DNA of 63,378 bases, filler included, from Octopus bimaculoides (Eukaryota): assembly GCF_001194135.2 (NCBI RefSeq). It is 5 parts of 4 records of this genome, joined end to end, with 100 filler letters (N's around TTAATTAATTAA, not from the genome) between each part and the next. Parts side by side here need not be neighbours in the genome. Positions count along the whole stretch, not along the records: positions 12,227 to 21,861 come from NC_068996.1; positions 21,962 to 46,049 come from NC_068988.1; 3 more parts are not named here. One strand, 5' to 3'. This document shows, piece after piece, positions 12,127 through 23,159 of this stretch. The stretch's first letter is position 1. Every line of letters starts with the position of its first letter. Made by a program: the position numbers and the translations under genes. The notes below the pieces were generated by a model. That model saw only the letters and a list, made by a program, of their open reading frames with translations. It searched no databases and was not told where the DNA came from.

Positions 12127-12226
12127 NNNNNNNNNNNNNNNNNNNNNNNNNNNNNNNNNNNNNNNNNNNNTTAATTAATTAANNNNNNNNNNNNNNNNNN
12201 NNNNNNNNNNNNNNNNNNNNNNNNNN
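12127..12226. other. Artificial 100-bp gap with linker (44 N + TTAATTAATTAA + 44 N)
   Basis: Identical structure at 21862-21961, 46050-46149 and 59490-59589; the 12-mer has stop codons in all six frames. Confidence 0.95.
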
Positions 12227-12774
12227 GTGTTCTTTTTACCAAATTACCATCTAGAGATGGTAATTTGGTATTGCTCATCTCCTTTGTAAATTGGATGGAT
12301 GGGTGTAGGTTGTTCAGGAGGGTGTTGAATTCTTCCAATGTTTTGAGATTTTGTCCAGATTATAAAGCAATCGTCAAGGTATCTCTTCCATGCTTTTTCA
12401 ATATACTTCCTAAATTCAGTGCTGTATCTCTCCTCTATTTCCTGGTAGAGTTTTTGTTCTAAGTATCCCATCACCGAATTTGCATAAATGGGAGCAAACC
12501 TCGTTCCCATAGCCGTGCCTTTAATTTGGATATAGTTCTTTCCATTGAAGAAGAAAGTGTTGTTTTCCAGAATAAGTCTCACTGAGTCTAATATAAATGT
12601 CACTGTGAATCTGTTGGGAATTACTTCTCTATGTTTATCTACCCAGTATTTGATCACCTTTATTCCTAAATCATGTGGGATATTGGTGTACAGGCTTACT
12701 ACATCAAAGCTTAGTAGGATTGAATTTGTTTCAGTGGTTTTGGGAAGATGGGATAGAAAGTCGATGTCATCCCG
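12227..12774 (-). mobile_element. Penelope-like element reverse transcriptase fragment
   Basis: RDDIDFLSHLP...ILLSFDVVSLYTNIPHDLG...LILENNTFFFNGKNYIQIKGTAMGTRFAPIYAN..MGYLE...WKRYLDDCFIIW, then after a frameshift LEEFNTLLNNLHPSIQFTKE...KLP.LD. Typical PLE RT motifs; truncated by the gap. Confidence 0.92.
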
Positions 12775-13373
12775 TTTCACATCTTGGTTCAACTTTGATA
12801 ATGTTCTTTTTCTAATTTCCGTGTCTTCCGTTGCCACTAGCCCTTTAACGAATATTAAACACTTGAACATATCTGGCGTTAATTCTTCTAACTTGAACCT
12901 TTCGCAAGCCTTGTTAACCATACCAGCATATGTCACAAAATTATCAGACTCGTTTTTCTTTAAGTTTAAGCATTCCCATCGAATGTTAGACTGTGAACTT
13001 TTCTCGCTAAAAATATTCCTCAAAATATTTATCGTTTCCTCAAAACACAATTCCGCGGGCTTTCTCGGCAAAATAAAGTTACAAAAATTTTGTGTTCTGG
13101 AGTAGCAAGCTTTCGCAAAAGGAGTCTTACCTTCCTGTCGCTAGGCCATCCCTTGCATTCCTCTCGGAATGTATCTTCGTATCGTCTGTAATATGCAGCA
13201 AAAGTAGTTCCTTCATCTGGATTGTACTGAAATTTTTCGATGGAATTTGCAACACCATCTGCTGAAAATGATTCTGTCGCATTTCTCGCCTGCAGTAACA
13301 ATTCTGTTAACTTCTGTAGTTGCTGCTGCTGCTGCTCTTGTTGTTTCACTACAGCTTTCAGTAACTCTTCCAT
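12775..13373 (-). mobile_element. Ty3/gypsy-type gag (C. elegans K02A2.6-like) N-terminal part, one frameshift
   Basis: MEELLKAVVKQQEQ...NSIEKFQYNPDEGTTFAAYYRRYEDTF...KVRLLLRKL..PEH /fs/ CNFILPRKPAELCFEETINILRNIFSEKSS..NIRWECLNLKK...CERFKLEELTPDMFKCLIFVKGL...EIRKRTLSKLNQD; the frameshift lies in a homopolymer near 13085-13090. Confidence 0.85.
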
Positions 13374-13391
13374 TTTTGGTGCTATTAGAAA

Positions 13392-13640
13392 CCTCATCGC
13401 CACTGTTATGTCTCAAGCTACTGCTATCTAGCACCTTCGGATGATCTCTACTCAACCGCTACACAACAGCTACTCAACTGCTACTCAACACACCTACCAC
13501 GGCCAGACTACCTCTATTTATATGTCTTGGGTGGATCCTACTTCTTCGCTTGGGGGTGTCGACACAACAATACCCAACCTGTCCCTTGCTTTCAATTTGA
13601 GGATAATACAACCTTCTATCCTCACTGCACAGTCATTCCC
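13392..13640 (-). mobile_element. Putative primer-binding site and 5' LTR of the gypsy element
   Basis: Minus strand reads ...ataaCA, then g, then TGGCGATGAGG (13402-13392): an LTR-end CA followed by a TGG-initiated PBS, ~19 nt before the gag ATG. The outer LTR boundary is uncertain. Confidence 0.6.
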
Positions 13641-13989
13641 TGATTCCTTTGTGATGTAAAAATTTCCTTTCAATGAATTGTATTTTCCTTATTTTACACA
13701 TTTATCATAGGTATTCAGCACTTTTTCTACTTGTACATTTTGAATTGATAAATATGGGGAATTTAATTTCTTTTGCCTTAAAAAAGTTACTTTTTTTGAA
13801 ATTTCCTTTGTTCTTTCTTTCCTTCCTTTGGTGGTACCTCCAAGGAACAGATAGCAAGTTTCATTGGTATCCTGCAGTTGTTTTCCAAAGAGTGCTCTTC
13901 TTTTCCTATGTGAATCTTGAAATTGCAGGAGATTATTCGTCCAGATTTGTTTGTTTCTATTAGTGACACAAGCATTTCTCTTATACGAC

Positions 13990-15907
13990 ACTAGCAGAAA
14001 TACCCGGCGTTGCCCATGTTACATGCAATTGAAGAATTAGACTTTTCTGTTATATTTTCTCTAATGAACTGGAATACCTATGATTCGAATTTCATCAAAA
14101 TTGCAGATGAGGGTTCTTTCACTCTTTACACACCCTAAAAAAGTTCTAATCATGACACATGTATCCCATACTACTGATCTTTATGCACAGATTCCAAAAT
14201 TCCAGTCTTATGGAACCTGTTAAAAGGATTTTGCTCCTGAAAAATGGAGGTCACGGAGCTCTAAAATGTGGGAGTTAAGGCCCCTATTGGGGATATGTGT
14301 CTTAATGTCAACCAGAGAAGTTGAATTGTTGAGAATCTTTCTAACGTGGGTCTTATATCTATTGTTTGAATTTCTTTGAAATAGGAAATATATGTATGTT
14401 CACTGGGTTTGTAAAAGAGAGCAAAGCTACAGGAAACTAAAAGACGAATGATCACAATAAGCAGTCAGCTAGCCTACTCTAGTTGTTACCACTCCCAGTG
14501 TAGGATTCCTCACCATACAGGTGACAGGTACAGCCGTAAGATGCATTACAGATCTATAGCAATTGGAAGGGTGTGACCCAACTCAAATAAACATTAACAA
14601 CTGTGNNNNNNNNNNAATTTCTTTGAAATAGGAAATATATGTATGTTCACTGGGTTTGTAAAAGAGAGCAAAGCTACAGGAAACTAAAAGACGAATGATC
14701 ACAATAAGCAGTCAGCTAGCCTACTCTAGTTGTTACCACTCCCAGTGTAGGATTCCTCACCATACAGGTGACAGGTACAGCCGTAAGATGCATTACAGAT
14801 CTATAGCAATTGGAAGGGTGTGACCCAACTCAAATAAACATTAACAACTGTGTGACGTGAGGGCTAAGGAGAACTGGAAGTGTCACCTCTGGAGTTTGCA
14901 ACTGACCACTATACTGATAGGTAACTGGACAATAAATTTACAATCTATAAATGGCTATGAATAACCAGTCACTCATCTGGGAAGGCCTTGAAATCAATGT
15001 TACCATCGAGGGACTATCTCTGACCCAGTGATAATAAAAAGGAGGTCTGCAACCAAATAACTTTACTGAACACTTTGCAACTGAATCAGTGGAGGCAAAG
15101 ATGCCTCTCCTTTACTTGACAATTTATGCACCACATTGCAGAAATCACAATCTAAGTATATCTCAAAGCAAAGTCTTATACTGTTGTACCATTGAATTAC
15201 AAATAATGCTCATCTTTTATGATCGGGTGACCCTACAGCTCCCAAGAGCACAACTGTATTCATCTTTGCTTAGATAAGATAACTAAATTGTGGGTGTTAA
15301 TTCCCCATGAAGAGGTTTCTGTAACTTCTGAGAAGATGAAATTTCAGAAATATTACTTCATTTGTGTGTAATATCTATGGTTAAAATTTCATCAATAGCC
15401 AAAATATATGATTTTTTATGGGGGTTATGACCATTATGTATAGAATATAATTTCCAAATTTCATAAAGATCCATTAAACTAGTTTTGATTCATAAAAAAT
15501 GAGTAAATTTGGGAGTTAAGGCCCCCATTAGGGGGGTCTTAGAATCCTCACGAGAAGTGGAAACTTTGAGAATACTTCTTGATGTGTGTCAATTACCCAT
15601 GGTTGAAATTTCATCATCATTGAAAATTTATGAATTTTCATGAGGGTTCTGCCCCCTTTAAGCCATCTCAAATTCAAACCAAACATATTGCATTATACCT
15701 GCTCTTATGCATTGAATCTAAGTTCCAAATATCATAAGGATCCATTCAGTAATTTTGGTCCATGAAATTGTATGAAACACACAGCATTACCCTTCTCCCT
15801 AGGCTTGGATTTTGTGTTCCAAATTTGATTAGGATTGGTGCAGCAGTTTTCGAATGTATAAGTAACACACGAACACACATAAAGACATTGACTTTTATAT
15901 AATAGAT
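13990..15907 (+). mobile_element. Non-autonomous Helentron/DINE-1-like element
   Basis: 5' end actagcagaaatacccggcgttgccc; 3' end ccaaatttgattaggattggtgcagcagttttcg...acacacataaagacattgacttttatataatagat; no coding capacity. Contains an assembly duplication at 14369-14852. Confidence 0.6.
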
Positions 15908-15959
15908 ATGAATATGCACATATACATACATGTATGTGTGTGTGTGTGTGTGTATTATA

Positions 15960-15996
<37 letters not shown>

Positions 15997-16419
15997 NNNN
16001 NNNNNNNNNNNNNNNNNNNNNNNNNNNNNNNNNNNNNNNNNNNNNNNNNNNNNNNNNNNNNNNNNNNNNNNNNNNNNNNNNNNNNNNNNNNNNNNNNNNN
16101 NNNNNNNNNNNNNNNNNNNNNNNNNNNNNNNNNNNNNNNNNNNNNNNNNNNNNNNNNNNNNNNNNNNNNNNNNNNNNNNNNNNNNNNNNNNNNNNNNNNN
16201 NNNNNNNNNNNNNNNNNNNNNNNNNNNNNNNNNNNNNNNNNNNNNNNNNNNNNNNNNNNNNNNNNNNNNNNNNNNNNNNNNNNNNNNNNNNNNNNNNNNN
16301 NNNNNNNNNNNNNNNNNNNNNNNNNNNNNNNNNNNNNNNNNNNNNNNNNNNNNNNNNNNNNNNNNNNNNNNNNNNNNNNNNNNNNNNNNNNNNNNNNNNN
16401 NTATTATTATTATTATTAT

Positions 16420-16600
16420 TATTATTATTTTAAATTTTTCCCACAAGGGTGGCTTCGGGAAGGTGGAGAATAGTCGATATATCGACCCCTGTGTCCAACT
16501 GGTACTTATTTTTTAGACCCCAAAAGGATGAAAAGCAAAGTCGACTTCGGCGGAATTTGAACTCAGAACGTAGAGATGGGTACAAACCTCCCGTCGCTAC
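16420..16600 (-). mobile_element. SINE family A
   Basis: atcgacccctgtgtccaactggtacttatt...aaaggatgaaaagcaaagtcgacttcggcggaatttgaactcagaacgtag is the reverse complement of the family A core. Confidence 0.8.
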
Positions 16601-16696
16601 ACTGATTCTGCAGAACAGGGTTGAATGTGAAAACCAACTTTGAAGTGTAAATCAGTGAACTTCATTACAAATGTGGGTAATTTTTCAGATTAACAC

Positions 16697-16856
16697 CCGC
16701 ACGATTTTCCCTAGGGTGTTAGGGTTACGGTTTTGGGGTCAGGGTTAGTGTTTTAGGATTACGGTTACGGTTAGGGTTACGATGAGGGTTACTGTTATAG
16801 TTACGATTTTAGGGTCAGGGTTAGGGTTTAAGGATTACGGTTACGTAATCGTGCGG
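16697..16856. repeat. Degenerate telomere-like (TTAGGG/TTACGG) array bracketed by a 10-bp inverted repeat
   Basis: ccgcacgatt (16697-16706) and aatcgtgcgg (16847-16856) flank repeated ggttag/ggttac/gggtcag hexamers. Confidence 0.8.
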
Positions 16857-17017
16857 AATTTTTTGCGGAGGGTGAAAGTGTAAACAAGAACAGAGTAGTG
16901 AGAACAAGACAGTAAAAAACAGTAAGAACAGGACAGTGAGAACAAGACAGTAAAGACAAACGGTGAGGGCTGTTAAGCCAAGACGATAGAAAAATTATTA
17001 TGAATGATTAAGAGAAG

Positions 17018-17137
17018 AGACAGAAAATGTATGTCTTTTCTAGAAAAAGGCATATTTTTCTAGAAAAGACGTATTATAGACAGAAAATGTATGTCTTTTC
17101 TAGAAAAAGACATATTTTTCTAGAAAAGACGTATTAT
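17018..17137. repeat. Two tandem 60-bp units, each with two TCTAGA-centred palindromes
   Basis: agacagaaaatgtatgtcttttctagaaaaag(g/a)catatttttctagaaaagacgtattat x2. Confidence 0.9.
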
Positions 17138-17761
17138 ATAGGGGTACAAAAATTTAGGTTTATCTAAAGGCAATTATAAAATACTAAGAAGTATTAAAAT
17201 GATCAGGTAGCGTAGAACACTATAGAAATGGAATAAAATAGCTAAATCACTAAAAACCATGATGAAGTATATATACAACTTAGTAACATCAATAGAGACA
17301 GCTTATGGACAATGTATAATAATTCAAGTAATTTAAAACTAAAAATTGTTTATTTATTTATTTAGCTTGTATCTATAAAGACTGATACCCGGTATTAGTT
17401 AAAAGAATATTGATGTTATAGGACATACTAATTATATACTAATTTTAAATTAAGAGTTATAATATAGATTTTAAAAGGTATTAGTGTTAATCCGTACATG
17501 ATATTATAGTTTCTTAGGAGTACTTAATTAGAAGGGCTACTTAAATAAAGGCCAATATAAATACTAAGATCAGGAGGGTGGAACACTTTAAGAAAAGGAT
17601 AAAACAAGTAATTACTAAAACTATTTTAAACAATATAGCTATAGGGTTATCGAGAAGATTTAGCATTGACGCAAAAGAACAAATTAACTATATATTAATT
17701 AAATTGTAATCTAACGAAGTAGCTAATTGTCTTTGCCTTCAAAATGCGGAGTAGATGGAAC

Positions 17762-17811
17762 AGGGACAACTGACGAAGGGTTATACTCTTTATGTTGCAT
17801 GTCTTGTTTCC
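17762..17811 (+). ncRNA. Degenerate type I hammerhead ribozyme (Penelope terminal-repeat type), GAAAC lost
   Basis: Stem I gggacaa/ttgtttc in exact register; CTGACGA 17770-17776; stem II aggg/ctct; atg-ttg-cat hairpin; GTC triplet 17801-17803; TT stands where GAAAC is required. Confidence 0.55.
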
Positions 17812-18229
17812 CTATTTGTTTTTTTCGTTGTTCGAAAAAAGTTCATTTTCTGTTTTCGTTTCTCATTGTGTTTAACGTTTTTTTTATGATGTCCTGTACC
17901 CATATATGCATGTATGTATATATATAGATGTAGGTATGTACATATATGTATGGATATATGCATATGTTTATATATTATTTATATTATTATATGATCAAGC
18001 GACACGCATCCTTTTCCAAGTAAGTTTTATCCTAATTTTTATATATATATATATATATAGATATATACATATACATACATATATATGTATATATATATAT
18101 GTGTGTATATATATATATATGTGTGTATATATATATATATGTGTGTATATATATATATGTATATATTTGTTCATATGATGATATCTCCACAATGTGTTGA
18201 TGATGAGAAAAACATGTAATCGTTACCAA

Positions 18230-18472
18230 TATAACAAGAGATTTCACCACAAGAAGTCTAAAGTAGACTCCTTAAGGATTAACGGGTCTATATAGGGATG
18301 ACTGTCTTCTATATATTAGGAATAGCTCCAACCAGCAACTACAGAGGATTAAGGGTAGATTGGCTAGATTTTTTCGTAGAATGGGGATGAACATCATTTA
18401 TGAAGACGATATTTCTGCAGCAATTAAAAATGAGACATATAGACCATATCATAAACCTTTAACTAACCTAAA
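18230..18472 (+). mobile_element. Penelope-like RT fragment (catalytic region), internally deleted
   Basis: TGLYRDDCLLYIRNSSNQQLQRIKGRLARFFRRMGMNIIYED..IKNETYRPYHKP: YRDD catalytic motif and the PLE YRPYxKP motif; the usual FLD segment between them is missing. Confidence 0.75.
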
Positions 18473-18572
18473 NNNNNNNNNNNNNNNNNNNNNNNNNNNN
18501 NNNNNNNNNNNNNNNNNNNNNNNNNNNNNNNNNNNNNNNNNNNNNNNNNNNNNNNNNNNNNNNNNNNNNNNN

Positions 18573-19228
18573 CTGTACATGGCTTGCACAGCTCTCACTA
18601 ACCACTCATCTATCCCTAGTTTGCTCGTTGACCACCAGATAAGGGATCGGAGGATCCTGTCTAAGGCTTTCTCCATGTCAACGAAAGCCAGGTACAGAGG
18701 TTTATCCTTGGCTAGGTATTTCTCCTGCAGCTGTCTTACCAGAAATATAGCATCAGTGGTGCTTTTCCCTGGAACGAACCCAAACTGCATCTCATCTAAA
18801 CTAACTCTCTCCCTAATTTTTTGGGCTATGACCCTCTCAGTGACCTTCATTACCTGGTCCAACAACTTGATACCTCTGTAATTATTTGTATCTAAAGCGT
18901 CACCATTACCTTTGTAGCAGTTGACTATGGTGCTGCTACACCAGTCATTGGGTATGACTCCTTCATGTATCACCTGATTAACTATACGGGTGACGAGGCT
19001 ATGGCCGACACTGCCAGATGTTTTGAGCATCTCTGCAGTGATTCCTGATGGGCCGGGGGATTTCCCTGTCTTCATACTCTTAATTGCTTTATCTACCAAG
19101 GTACTGTCAATTAGGATAGCTGGTCCCTCTGTTGGGTCGACATGCGGCAGACTCTCTTCCTCCCATTCATTCTCTTTAAAAGCAGCCTTTCATAGTGGCG
19201 TCTCCAAACCTCTCTCTTTGCAGCCTAG
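18573..19228 (-). mobile_element. RTE-clade LINE RT fragment
   Basis: ORF 18449-19099: KAIKSMKTGKSPGPSGITAEMLK...IPNDWCSSTIVNCYKGNGDALDTNNYRGIKLLDQVMKV.ERVI...QFGFVPGKSTTDAIFLVRQLQEKY...LYLAFVDMEKA. Confidence 0.95.
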
Positions 19229-19326
19229 TTGAGTGCAAGTGAGCCATCATCCAAGCGGACACATTTCTCTCCTATGACATCACGATTCTCTCTCACACAC
19301 TGTCTTGCAACACAAAATACTTCAAG

Positions 19327-19340
19327 TAATGATAATAATG

Positions 19341-19410
<70 letters not shown>
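19327..19410. repeat. (TAA)n microsatellite
   Basis: Direct reading; source of the poly-N, poly-Y and poly-I pseudo-ORFs. Confidence 0.95.
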
Positions 19411-19411
<1 letters not shown>

Positions 19412-20209
19412 GAGCATCACAGCAAACCACAGCACATACCCAAGGCGCACAGAGCTGCGCTCGGTAGTGAAGTGAAAGCACGTTATAAAAATAAAACTAC
19501 TGAACAATAATAATAATAATAAAATTATTGTATACAGTGTTCAGGTGTACTGATGAAATATAAGATTCGATTTAATGGAAAACATGTAAACATAAAAGCA
19601 TTAATTCTAAAGCTGAAAAGAATAAATTGAGCTGTTGAAAGTAATAATTTGATAATTAAAACAAAATTCAAAAATTAAATTTTGGAACATATTCCTTACA
19701 AGCTCTTTCATAAATTAAGATTAGTCTTCGAAGCCTCAATGACATAACGAAGTGTATAAGTGATAACATATGTTTGTGTATGTGTATAAGTGTGTGTGTG
19801 CATGTGTGCCTTTATTTGTAAGTAGTCATTCAAAAGCTGTTCCTCGGTCATGCATTGAAAGAAGGATTTTGAACTAGTGACAATAATACTTTTTTTTATC
19901 TATTTCTTAATCTCTACGTACTAAACACACACACATATACATACATTTTCTTTGTCATAGTAACACCAATCCCCAAAAGGGTATCTTATGAAGACTAGTG
20001 TCATTGAAGTAGAAAAATCTATAGCTAATTTTGGGACAAGTAGCAAAGAGAATCGATAAAATTTATTTAAGAAGACAATATGTTCGTAATTTGAAAGACA
20101 GCCTCTTCATACAAGATTTCTGGGAAGTGGAGGAGCTTCTCTCTATTGAGTGTTCCATATCCTTTGTGGAAAGGGGCCCAGTATCAAGGGGGCCCAGAGC
20201 AATTGCCAA

Positions 20210-20705
20210 AGCCCAATGGTGCTCGAATGGGGTACATGCCACCGGCATGGGTGCCAGTCAGTTCGCACTGGCATTGGCCACAACTATGATTTCACTCGGC
20301 TCGACAGGTCTTCACAAGCACAACAAATTGCCCAACGATCGAAGGGTTAACCTTTCTCATTGCTGCACTCCTTATATGTCCATAGCTTACACTGGGTATA
20401 TCTTATGGAGTTTCTGCCTATGCTTTTCTACAGATCAAGCAGGACCATCTTACCTGAAGGGATCTGTGATTTGTCTGCCTTCCTGCTTACTTAGACTTTG
20501 ATTTTTACTTGGTAAACTCTAAGGCCTTTCGATTCTAGATCTTGCTTCCATACCTGAAACTTCTCTAGTTTTGGTTGTGATTCAGCTATTGGAGCAAGGT
20601 CATCAGCATAGAGGAGCTCCCAGGGACAATCTTCTGTTATCACCTGGAGGATTATGATGAACAAGAAGGGGCTGAGGACTGAACCTTAGTGAACACTTAC
20701 CAGCA
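20210..20705 (-). mobile_element. RTE-clade LINE RT fragment, degenerate
   Basis: Minus strand resembles the segment at 10200-10660 (EEFRVLVSVH*GSVLSPFLFIII...CPWELLYADDL). Confidence 0.75.
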
Positions 20706-20879
20706 CCCTGAATTCTTCGCTATACTCGTTGATAATCTTATATAGTGCAACGACATTATAATTCATATTAAATAAATGACTACCTTCATAATTAATTAAT
20801 TCATTTCTCAAATGCTCCTTCTCAACCAAATATTGTCAGAACAGTTGTATGACTTTTTGACTTCTCTTCAAATTATATT

Positions 20880-21861
20880 TATCATCATCATAATCGTTTA
20901 ACATCCGCTTTCCATGCTAGCATGGGTTAGACGATTTGACTGAGGACTGGTGAAACCGGATGGCAACACCAGGCTCCAATATGATTTGGCAGAGTTTCTA
21001 CAGCTGGATGCCCTTCCTAACGCCAACCACTCAGAGAGTGTAGTGGATGCTTTTACGTGTCACCCGCACGAAGGCCAGTCAGGCAGTACTAGCAACGGCC
21101 ACGCTCAAAATGGTGTATTTTATGTGCCACCCGCACAAGAGCCAGTCCAGGGGCACTGGCAACGATCTCGCTCGAAAATCCTACGAAGGCCAGTCAGGCG
21201 GTACTGGCAACGGCCATGCTCAAAATGGTGTATTTTATGTGCCACCCGCACAAGAGCCAGTTCAGGGGCACTGGCACGATCTCGCTCGAAAATCCTTACA
21301 CATGTCACGGGCACAAGTGCCAGAAAGGCGACGCTGGGCACAGGTGCTATCCCGATTTCGCTTGCCCCAGTAAGTCTTCGCAAGCTGAGTTTCGTGTCCA
21401 AAGAAGGAGACGATGTTGCCAGTCGTCGAATTTCGTTCGATTTCACTTGCCTCAACAAGTCTTTGCAAGCGGAGTTTAGTATCCAATGTAGGAAAGGTAC
21501 GCATAAGTGGGCTGGCTACACCCCTGGCAGAGGCCTTGGATTTAGGTCTCACTTGGCTTGCCGGGTCTTCTCACGGACACCACATTTCGAAAGGTCTCGG
21601 TCAGTAGTCATCGCCTCGGTGAGGCCCAATGTTCGAAGGTCTTGCCTCACACCCTCAGCCCAGGTCTTCCTGGGCCTACCTCTTCCACGGGTTCCCTCAA
21701 CTGTTAGGGCGTGGCACTTTTTTACGCAGCTATCCTCGTCCATTCTCACCACATGTCCATACCAGCGCAATCGTCTCTCTTGCACACCACAACTGATGCT
21801 TCTGATGTTCAGCTTTTCTCTCAAGATACTTACACTCTGTCGAGTATGCACACTGACATTA
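20880..21861 (-). mobile_element. RTE-clade LINE 3' end with UTR and (GAT)n tail
   Basis: ORF 21549-21851: LREKLNIRSISCGVQERRLRWYGHVVRMDEDSCVKKCHALTVEGTRGRGRPRKTWAEGVRQDL; the UTR ends in catgctagcatgg...gttaaacgattatgatgatgat. Confidence 0.95.
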
Positions 21862-21961
21862 NNNNNNNNNNNNNNNNNNNNNNNNNNNNNNNNNNNNNNN
21901 NNNNNTTAATTAATTAANNNNNNNNNNNNNNNNNNNNNNNNNNNNNNNNNNNNNNNNNNNN
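21862..21961. other. Artificial 100-bp gap with TTAATTAATTAA linker
   Basis: 44 N + 12-mer + 44 N. Confidence 0.95.
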
Positions 21962-22250
21962 TTGTTGAAGTTTTCGTAAAGGTTCGTAAGAGGAAGTAGG
22001 AATTGAAAGGATTTGTATTAGAAAGAGGAAATTAGATTTTATTAGGGAGAAAATCTTTACTGCTGTAGTTTTATGGATTTTATTCATTATTACGAAATTT
22101 TTGGAGTGAAAAAATGACGCAGTGACCTAACAAAATGGAATTTAGAATATTAATTGCGATTGTTTAATCGAAGAAATTTTGAATTGTGTAAATGTATGAA
22201 TTCTAAACATACACACACACAGAGTAGATTTGCCTTTTATAGTATAGATA
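21962..22250 (+). mobile_element. Helentron/DINE-1-like 3' end fragment
   Basis: Ends ...aacatacacacacacagagtagatttgccttttatagtatagat, the same terminal architecture as 15850-15907. Confidence 0.4.
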
Positions 22251-22819
22251 TATTTACACACACACACACACGCACAAACATAAAATACAACGGCTAAGAG
22301 TAAATCTATCTGCAGAACTAAACTTAGTAACTTCCGGTAGAAAGAAAGTTTGTAGCATCAGTAATGAGAGAAGAAAAATATTTCCGGCCTATAACTTGTC
22401 ATTAATACTTTTAATATTTAGCTGAATTCCAACGAACATCAACCTTGAATAATATATATTGGAATTAAGAGAAGAACGCTGTCTATAAAGTAGTTATGGT
22501 TGTTACAGATGATCAAAACACTCGGTTAAGATAGGGAAACAAGTAGACCTCGTACGTTGTGACAGTTCAACACCTTTCAGGAAATATAGACGGGAAAATT
22601 GTTGTAAAGAATGAGAAAAATGACAAAAAAATTGTAATTAAATTTGAGGAAGTGAAACTTATCAGACGTAGAAAAAAGAAAACTATACGAGTTTATCACT
22701 TGAAGGAAAAGCCTATAAATAATTTGGTCCTGTGTACTAAAATAAACTAATGAAATAACTTATGAAATATAATTTTGTTAATAAGGAGTCTTTCCGTGTG
22801 AAGTTTCTTCTTCTCTGCA

Positions 22820-23095
22820 TTGAGAAGTCGCAGCTCCACAACTAGAGACGAGTGGCTAGAATGTTGCGGGAAAGAATTTCAAAATGGATTCTTCAAGCTG
22901 AGCCAAAGGGCAGGAGGCCTAAGGGTAAGCCAAGAATGAAACGGTTGGAGAATATCTACCGTGTCAGTTAGTCACACATGGGAATTCAGACCGACAGTGT
23001 AATGAAGGTGGTTTCTGAAAAGACCCTCTGAGGAGGTACCTGCGGACACTAGCCCCACGACCCGTCTAGGAATTGTGGGTGAAGAAAATAGATGG
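22820..23095 (+). mobile_element. RTE-clade LINE 3' remnant
   Basis: RMLRERISKWILQAEPKGRRPKGKPRMKRLENI matches the RTE C-terminal G.R.RGRPR..W motif. Confidence 0.7.
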
Positions 23096-23159
23096 ATGTA
23101 ACAAATATTTGAAGAGTTTATTATTGATTTTATTTGTTTTAATATTACCTTAGATAGAA

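Noticed and set aside
14369-14852. Exact 237-bp tandem duplication (14369-14605 and 14616-14852)
   Set aside because: The copies are identical and separated only by a 10-N gap, the signature of unmerged overlapping contig ends.
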